From an uncultured bacterium (GTDB taxonomy: Bacteria; Zixibacteria; MSB-5A5; UBA10806; 4484-95): a DNA stretch of 64,000 nt. Both the position numbers and the translations under genes were made by a program. The notes under the pieces are model-generated. The model worked only from the letters and a program-made list of their open reading frames with translations. It ran no database searches and had not been told where the DNA came from. Positions 57,314-64,000 of the stretch are shown piece after piece. Each line of letters opens with the position of its first letter. Within the stretch, counting starts at the first letter, position 1. The stretch covers positions 5,997 to 69,996 of the forward strand of contig CBFDEC010000006.1 of assembly GCA_965603725.1 (NCBI GenBank). Reading direction: 5' to 3'.

Positions 57314-57391
57314 TTAATATTGTTTAAAATAAGATTATTGGTAAATAGGAGTTCAAAACATCGCTATTGTGAAAATAATCTCAAAAAAAAC

Positions 57392-57420
57392 TTGACTGTA
57401 AATGTATAATTATCTATTAA
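57392..57420 (+). promoter_or_regulatory. Sigma70-like promoter TTGACT-17-TATTAA of the atp operon
   Basis: TTGACT at 57392-57397, a 17-nt spacer, TATTAA at 57415-57420, about 25 nt upstream of atpZ. Confidence 0.4.
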
Positions 57421-57443
57421 ACCCAAGTTTGTTTGGCGGGTGA

Positions 57444-57674
57444 ATGGATAAAGATAAATACTCAGGCTACCGCCAATTGGCAATTGCAACCACGATTCCT
57501 GTAATCCTTGTTGTGGCTCCACTGATCGGTTACTATGTTGGCAATTGGGTTGATGGGAAACTGGGGACCGATAAGATATTTATGATTATCGGACTCGGGT
57601 TGGGTTTTGCGGCTGCCGGAAAAGAAGTTTACAACCTGATAAAGAAAAGTAGCGAAAACAAAAATGAATCTTGA
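57444..57674 (+). CDS. AtpZ/AtpR-like small membrane protein preceding the ATP synthase genes
   Basis: 76 aa with two TM helices, positioned first in the atp operon. Confidence 0.55.
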   Translation: MDKDKYSGYRQLAIATTIPVILVVAPLIGYYVGNWVDGKLGTDKIFMIIGLGLGFAAAGKEVYNLIKKSSENKNES

Positions 57675-58053
57675 TTTTATTAACAGGATTGTAAAAACCT
57701 CGCTGATTCTGGCGGCAATTGCTTTCCCGTTTCTGGCAATTTATCTCAGGATTTCTTTTGCCGTTGCCTATATATTGGGTTGTATCTGGGCCTGTTTGAA
57801 TCTCCTCGCTATCAGATTTTTAATCGCTCAGATTGTTACACCCGATCCTAAGAACAAGGTCCTTATTATTCTTTTTATATTTGTGAAATTTCCCCTTATT
57901 TACTTTCTCGGTTATTTATTGATAGTCTGGAGCTATCCTCCTATTTACGGACTGTTATGGGGGTTTTCTTCAATATTAATTGTAACTATATTAAAAGTAG
58001 TAAGCCGCGCTATTCTTCAGAAGGACTCTAAACCGCAGGTGAAGGCATTATGA
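57664..58053 (+). CDS. atpI: ATP synthase protein I (AtpI)-like membrane protein
   Basis: 129 aa with 4 TM helices, immediately upstream of atpB. Confidence 0.55.
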   Translation: MNLDFINRIVKTSLILAAIAFPFLAIYLRISFAVAYILGCIWACLNLLAIRFLIAQIVTPDPKNKVLIILFIFVKFPLIYFLGYLLIVWSYPPIYGLLWGFSSILIVTILKVVSRAILQKDSKPQVKAL

Positions 58054-58967
58054 TTGGAAAGCTTGCCGTGTTTGTAAATAATATTGCTGCAAGAACCTCT
58101 GAGCAAGCTAACAAAGTCACCGAATATGCCGCCGATACGCTTCACACTGCTGCCGGTCATGCCGCGGATACCGCACATGGCGCGGCCCATGGTGGAGAAC
58201 ATGCGCCGGAACTTCCCAACTGGCTCGAATTTGCCGAACTTCTTTTTCCCGGACCGGTAACCAAGTTTCTCTGGGACTGGCATGTGGTGATTTTTTCCGT
58301 GCTGGTCTGGATGATTCTATCAGTTTTCTGCATGATTGCTTACAGGAAAAGGGCTTTGGTTCCTGGCAAGCTGCAGAATTTAATCGAGTTTGTAGTCGAA
58401 TCGTTGTCCAACATGGTAGTCGGCATTATTGGTGAAGGCGGCAGAAGGTATGTTCCATTTTTAGGTACGTTGTTCGTTTATATTTTTGTGATGAATATCT
58501 TTGGTCTGATACCCGGCATGTTTTCCTCAACATCGAAATTGAACACGACTCTGGCGCTGGCGATATGCGTTTTCCTGTTTGTTCAGTTTGAGGGAATCCG
58601 GGTTCAGGGGTTATTAGGATATGTTTATCATTTCGCCGGTTCGCCCAAATCTGTTGTGGAATGGTGTCTTGTTCCGCTCAATTTTCCATTACATATAATA
58701 GGCGAGCTGGCAAAACCGTTATCGCTGTCGTTGCGTTTGTTTGGCAACATTTCAGGCGAAGACATGCTTCTGGCAATCTTTGTCGGGCTGGGTATTTCGA
58801 TAATGGCGATATTGCATCCACCGGCATGGCTGCCGGGAATACCGCTGCACGTGCCGTTTATATTCCTAGCGCTGCTGACAAGCTTCGTGCAGGCGCTTGT
58901 TTTTACTTTGCTGTCGACAATTTACTTTTCACTCATGACGCATCATGAGGAAGAAGAACATCATTAG
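58050..58967 (+). CDS. atpB: F0F1 ATP synthase subunit a
   Basis: Conserved Arg in the LSLSLRLFGNISGEDM helix. 5-6 TM helices. His/Ala-rich N-terminal extension. Confidence 0.9.
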   Translation: MIGKLAVFVNNIAARTSEQANKVTEYAADTLHTAAGHAADTAHGAAHGGEHAPELPNWLEFAELLFPGPVTKFLWDWHVVIFSVLVWMILSVFCMIAYRKRALVPGKLQNLIEFVVESLSNMVVGIIGEGGRRYVPFLGTLFVYIFVMNIFGLIPGMFSSTSKLNTTLALAICVFLFVQFEGIRVQGLLGYVYHFAGSPKSVVEWCLVPLNFPLHIIGELAKPLSLSLRLFGNISGEDMLLAIFVGLGISIMAILHPPAWLPGIPLHVPFIFLALLTSFVQALVFTLLSTIYFSLMTHHEEEEHH

Positions 58968-58994
58968 TTTTAATAGCTAATAAAAGGAGGAATC

Positions 58995-59216
58995 GTGGAC
59001 GCTGAAACCGCAAGAGGATTTTTATTGCCATTGACAGTTGCCATAGCTGCAATTGGTTCGGGTTTAGGGCTTGGCAAAGCTGTCGGTTCAGCCATGGACG
59101 CCATGGGCCGTCAACCGGAGGCAGCAGGCAAGATTCAGACCGGTATGATTATTGGCGCTGCATTTATCGAGGCTCTGACAATTTACGCTCTGGTAGCGGT
59201 CATCCTTCTTAAATAA
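58995..59216 (+). CDS. atpE: F0F1 ATP synthase subunit c
   Basis: Glycine-rich helix 1 and the proton-binding Glu in [10 protein letters not shown]. 73 aa. Confidence 0.92.
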   Translation: MDAETARGFLLPLTVAIAAIGSGLGLGKAVGSAMDAMGRQPEAAGKIQTGMIIGAAFIEALTIYALVAVILLK

Positions 59217-59261
59217 TTTCGATTTTTCCGGGGACCCGAGAAATATCCCGGAGGAGGATAC

Positions 59262-59768
59262 ATGGAAGAGATCGCTAAATCGCTCGGTATAAAACTGCCT
59301 GAATTGCTGACCCAGATTGCGGGTTTTATAATTGCTGTTTGGATTTTAAAAAAGTTTGCCTGGAAACCTATGTTGGGAATGCTTGAACAACGCCGGGCCA
59401 AGATTAGATCAGATCTGGATTCAGCTGAGAAGACCAGGCTCGATGCCGCCAAAGTATTGGCAGGTTACGAAAAAAAATTAAAAGAAATCGATACTGAAGC
59501 CAGGGTAAAAATTCAGGAGGCAATTGCGGAAGGCAACAAGGTCGCGATAGATATCAGAGAACAGGCTCGGTTTGAGGCTAAAGAGATAATCAGCAAAGCG
59601 CGTGAGGAACTGGTGCGGGATATCGCCAAGGCCAAAACCGAGCTCCGCGATGACATGGTCAAAATGGCTATTGCGGCGACTGAAAAAATAATTACTGAAA
59701 AGCTCGATGATGAAAAGCATCGGGCAATGCTCAATAATTTTCTTGATGAAGTGGATAACATTAAATGA
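59262..59768 (+). CDS. atpF: F0F1 ATP synthase subunit b
   Basis: Single N-terminal TM followed by a long charged helix. 168 aa. Confidence 0.88.
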   Translation: MEEIAKSLGIKLPELLTQIAGFIIAVWILKKFAWKPMLGMLEQRRAKIRSDLDSAEKTRLDAAKVLAGYEKKLKEIDTEARVKIQEAIAEGNKVAIDIREQARFEAKEIISKAREELVRDIAKAKTELRDDMVKMAIAATEKIITEKLDDEKHRAMLNNFLDEVDNIK

Positions 59769-60313
59769 AAGATACTCGAGTATCACGAAGATATGCTCTT
59801 GCTTTGTTTAAGGTTGCCATAAAAAGTGACAACCTGGAAATTATTGCTATCGACATTCAGCAAATCCGCTCTTTTACAACCAAGGATAAAAACTTCATGA
59901 ATTTTCTTGAAGCGCCGCAGATACCTGCTGAGCAAAAAATGAAAATATTAAAAGATACTTTCACAACAAGGTTGGCGCCGCGTCTTTTACTGTTTCTTGA
60001 ACTTCTTTTAAAAAAACATCGGATAAACCTCCTGCCGCACATTGCCGATGAATTCGAGAGGCTGGTTGAAGAGCACAGGGGAGTAATCAAAACAAAGGTG
60101 CTTACGGCTGTTCATATTGGCGATGATATAAAAAACAGCCTTAAAGAAAAATTAGAAGCATATTCAGGCAAGAAGATTGAGATTATTCACAAAATAGACA
60201 CGTCGATTATTGGCGGAATTATAATATTTCTTCACAATCGTGTCATTGACAGATCAATAAGACATCAAATTGATGCGTTAAGGCAAAACCTTTTAAAAGT
60301 TAAGGTACATTAA
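59765..60313 (+). CDS. atpH: F0F1 ATP synthase subunit delta
   Basis: OSCP-like, 182 aa, in the position between b and alpha. Confidence 0.85.
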   Translation: MKDTRVSRRYALALFKVAIKSDNLEIIAIDIQQIRSFTTKDKNFMNFLEAPQIPAEQKMKILKDTFTTRLAPRLLLFLELLLKKHRINLLPHIADEFERLVEEHRGVIKTKVLTAVHIGDDIKNSLKEKLEAYSGKKIEIIHKIDTSIIGGIIIFLHNRVIDRSIRHQIDALRQNLLKVKVH

Positions 60314-60328
60314 TAATAGAGGTGCGTT

Positions 60329-61843
60329 ATGGCTTTCCGCCCTGAAGAAGTTAGCTCGATATTACAGAAAGAGATTGAAAAATACCAGACAAAACTCGAA
60401 ATGGAATCGGTCGGTACTATCCTTCAGGTTGGGGATGGGATTGCCCGTATCTGGGGTCTCGATGATTGTATGATGTCCGAACTGCTGCAGTTTCCGGGCG
60501 ACATTATCGGTATAGTATTAAATCTCGAAGAGGATTCGGTGTCGGCCGCTATCTTTGGTCCCGATACCGGCATCAAGGAGGGTGACACAGTTCGTCGTAC
60601 CGGAGCGGTTTCACGCGTGCCGGTAGGCGACGCTCTTATCGGCAGAGTTGTTAATCCATTAGGTCAACCAATAGATGGCAAGGGTCCTGTAGTATCGGAG
60701 GAATATCGGCCGATCGAGGCAATTGCTCCAAATGTTGTCTCCCGTCAACCTGTTAAAGAGCCTGTCCAGACTGGTTTGAAGTCAATCGATTCGATGATAC
60801 CTCTTGGCCGCGGTCAGCGTGAGCTTATTATCGGCGACCGTCAAACAGGAAAAACAGCTCTGGCGATAGATACAATTATCAACCAGCGTGATTCGGATAT
60901 CTACTGTTTCTATGTAGCTATCGGTCAGAAATCGTCAACTGTGGCTAAAGTTGTAAAGGTTCTCGAAGATTACGGAGCCATGGAATATACTACCGTGATT
61001 TCAGCATCGGCTACCGATCCGGCTCCGATGCAGTATATTGCGCCGTTTGCCGGGTGCGCCATGGGCGAGCATCTATTGTTTAACGGCAAACATGCTCTGT
61101 GCATCTATGATGACTTATCCAAACATGCGCAGGCATATCGTCAGTTGTCGCTGCTGGTCCGTCGTCCTCCGGGACGCGAGGCATATCCTGGTGATGTGTT
61201 CTACCTGCATTCGCGCCTTCTGGAAAGAGCTGCCAAGCTCAATGATGAAAATGGCGGCGGCTCATTAACTGCATTGCCTGTTATTGAAACGCAGGCCGGC
61301 GATGTAGCAGCTTATATTCCTACCAACGTGATTTCGATTACAGATGGCCAGATATTCTTGGAATCCGACCTGTTCTATGCCGGTTTCCGGCCAGCTATTA
61401 ATGTCGGCATTTCGGTTTCCCGTGTTGGCGGTAATGCTCAAACAAAAGCCTACAGAAAGGTAGCCGGATCATTGCGGTTAGACCTCGCTCAGTATAGGGA
61501 ACTGGCGGCTTTTGCTCAATTCGGGTCCGATCTCGATGAGGCAACTGTTAGACAGCTTACCCGCGGCAAGGTATCTGAGGAGATACTTAAGCAGGGCCAG
61601 TATGTCCCGGTACCAATGGAAAAACAGGTAATGATTTTATGGATGGTGGCCAAAGGTTATATCGATGATATCCCTATTGCCAAGGTTAAGCAATTCGAGG
61701 AAAAATATCATGCTTTCATGGAAAAAGAATTTCCTGATGTGGGGCATGAAATAAAATCGAAGAAAGATATTGATGACAGCACAACCGAAAAGCTTAAACG
61801 GGCGGCAGAAAAGTTCAGGTCTGAATTTAAAGCGAAACTTTAA
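60329..61843 (+). CDS. atpA: F0F1 ATP synthase subunit alpha
   Basis: Walker [10 protein letters not shown]. 504 aa. Confidence 0.97.
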   Translation: MAFRPEEVSSILQKEIEKYQTKLEMESVGTILQVGDGIARIWGLDDCMMSELLQFPGDIIGIVLNLEEDSVSAAIFGPDTGIKEGDTVRRTGAVSRVPVGDALIGRVVNPLGQPIDGKGPVVSEEYRPIEAIAPNVVSRQPVKEPVQTGLKSIDSMIPLGRGQRELIIGDRQTGKTALAIDTIINQRDSDIYCFYVAIGQKSSTVAKVVKVLEDYGAMEYTTVISASATDPAPMQYIAPFAGCAMGEHLLFNGKHALCIYDDLSKHAQAYRQLSLLVRRPPGREAYPGDVFYLHSRLLERAAKLNDENGGGSLTALPVIETQAGDVAAYIPTNVISITDGQIFLESDLFYAGFRPAINVGISVSRVGGNAQTKAYRKVAGSLRLDLAQYRELAAFAQFGSDLDEATVRQLTRGKVSEEILKQGQYVPVPMEKQVMILWMVAKGYIDDIPIAKVKQFEEKYHAFMEKEFPDVGHEIKSKKDIDDSTTEKLKRAAEKFRSEFKAKL

Positions 61844-61897
61844 GGTATTGAAATAACTTATTGAATAGTATTATGTTAAGTAGAGGACTAACAAGCT

Positions 61898-62755
61898 TTG
61901 GCATCGCTTCGGGATATAAAAAGACGTATAAAATCTGTTGAGTCATCAAAACAGATTACTAAGGCGATGGAAATGGTTGCGGCGGCCAGGCTTCGTCGCG
62001 CTCAAAGCAGGGTGGAATCGGCCAGACCTTACGGACTTAAAATGCAGCAGATGCTTGAATCATTAGCCGGAACTGCTTCCAGTTTGCGGCATCCGCTTTT
62101 TGAAGAGCGCAAAGTGTCATCATCGCTTTTAGTCGTAGTCGCCGCTGATCGCGGTTTATGCGGTTCATATAACTCGAATGTTATACGAGCGGCACTGCAA
62201 TACCTCAGGGAATCGCCTGGTGATTCGGTTAAACTCGGTCTGGTTGGCAAAAAGAGTGTGGATTTCTTTAAAAAACGACCCTTCCCGATAGCATTTCGGA
62301 TACCTCAGACAGGCGGAAGAGCTGATATGCAGATCGTCCGTAATCTGGCAAACGATATTACCGGCAGGTATGAAAAAGGCGAGTTTGACGAGGTGCGCTT
62401 ACTCTATACTCGATTTGTTTCGATGACAAGGTATAAATTGACCCTGGAGAAGTTTTTGCCGATTGAAAAGCCCGGCGATACTGATGGCGGCGCGCCCCTG
62501 GAATATATTTTTGAACCCTCTGCCGATGAGATTTTTGCAAATCTGGTTCCGCGATATTGTTTAACAAAGATTTTGACGGCTTTGCTTGAGTCGTTCGCAT
62601 CTGAATTTGGGTCTCGAATGATTGCTATGAGCAACGCTACCAAGAATGCCGGGGAAATGATTGATCACTTAACACTTGTTCGCAATAAAGCCCGTCAGGC
62701 CGCAATTACTTCCGAACTGCTCGATATCGTCGGCGGCGCTGAGGCTTTAAAATAA
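61898..62755 (+). CDS. atpG: F0F1 ATP synthase subunit gamma
   Basis: MASLRDIKRRIKSVESSKQITKAMEMVAAARLRRAQ and the C-terminus ..ELLDIVGGAEAL. Confidence 0.93.
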   Translation: MASLRDIKRRIKSVESSKQITKAMEMVAAARLRRAQSRVESARPYGLKMQQMLESLAGTASSLRHPLFEERKVSSSLLVVVAADRGLCGSYNSNVIRAALQYLRESPGDSVKLGLVGKKSVDFFKKRPFPIAFRIPQTGGRADMQIVRNLANDITGRYEKGEFDEVRLLYTRFVSMTRYKLTLEKFLPIEKPGDTDGGAPLEYIFEPSADEIFANLVPRYCLTKILTALLESFASEFGSRMIAMSNATKNAGEMIDHLTLVRNKARQAAITSELLDIVGGAEALK

Positions 62756-62759
62756 TTAA

Positions 62760-64000
<1,241 letters not shown>

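Overview
The window reads as chromosomal DNA from a bacterium of roughly 45-50% GC (judged by eye). Three secreted proteins end in Por/T9SS-type C-terminal sorting domains (..YPNPFN.S..I.F..), which points to a Bacteroidota/FCB-group-like, probably uncultivated, lineage. Most of the window is housekeeping. It holds proS with an upstream tRNA-Arg(CCG); a split methylmalonyl/propionyl-CoA carboxylase set (carboxyltransferase, biotin carboxylase, BCCP, epimerase); the pyrR-pyrB-pyrC operon with a PyrR attenuator leader; rplM-rpsI; rpsB-tsf-pyrH-frr-uppS-cdsA; and an F-type ATP synthase operon, atpZ through atpD, truncated at the window end. Envelope and transport loci are a YbhGFSR-like ABC exporter with a split ATPase, an ExbB-ExbD-ExbD-TonB cluster, a TolC-MacA-MacB-like efflux cluster with a separate ATPase and two FtsX-type permeases, and a tandem pair of GWxTD-domain proteins. 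Accessory content is concentrated in three places. The first is an AT-rich single-gene island (10204-11202) encoding a protein with a PD-(D/E)xK/DUF3883-like C-terminus, followed by two MITE-like structured repeats. The second is a REP/RAYT island (13958-15215) with at least five REP palindromes built on CAGAAGT(A/T)ACTTCTG around an IS200-like Y1 (HuH) transposase gene. The third is two tandem 76-bp units, each with three perfect palindromes, sitting between a zinc-ribbon gene and the tRNA-Arg promoter. A WYL-domain regulator appears to carry a single-base frameshift in an A-run. It is divergent from a surface lipoprotein plus FadL/PorV-like outer-membrane barrel pair. I see no CRISPR array, rRNA, or intact prophage. 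All calls rest on reading the sequence and the supplied ORF translations; no database search was run.
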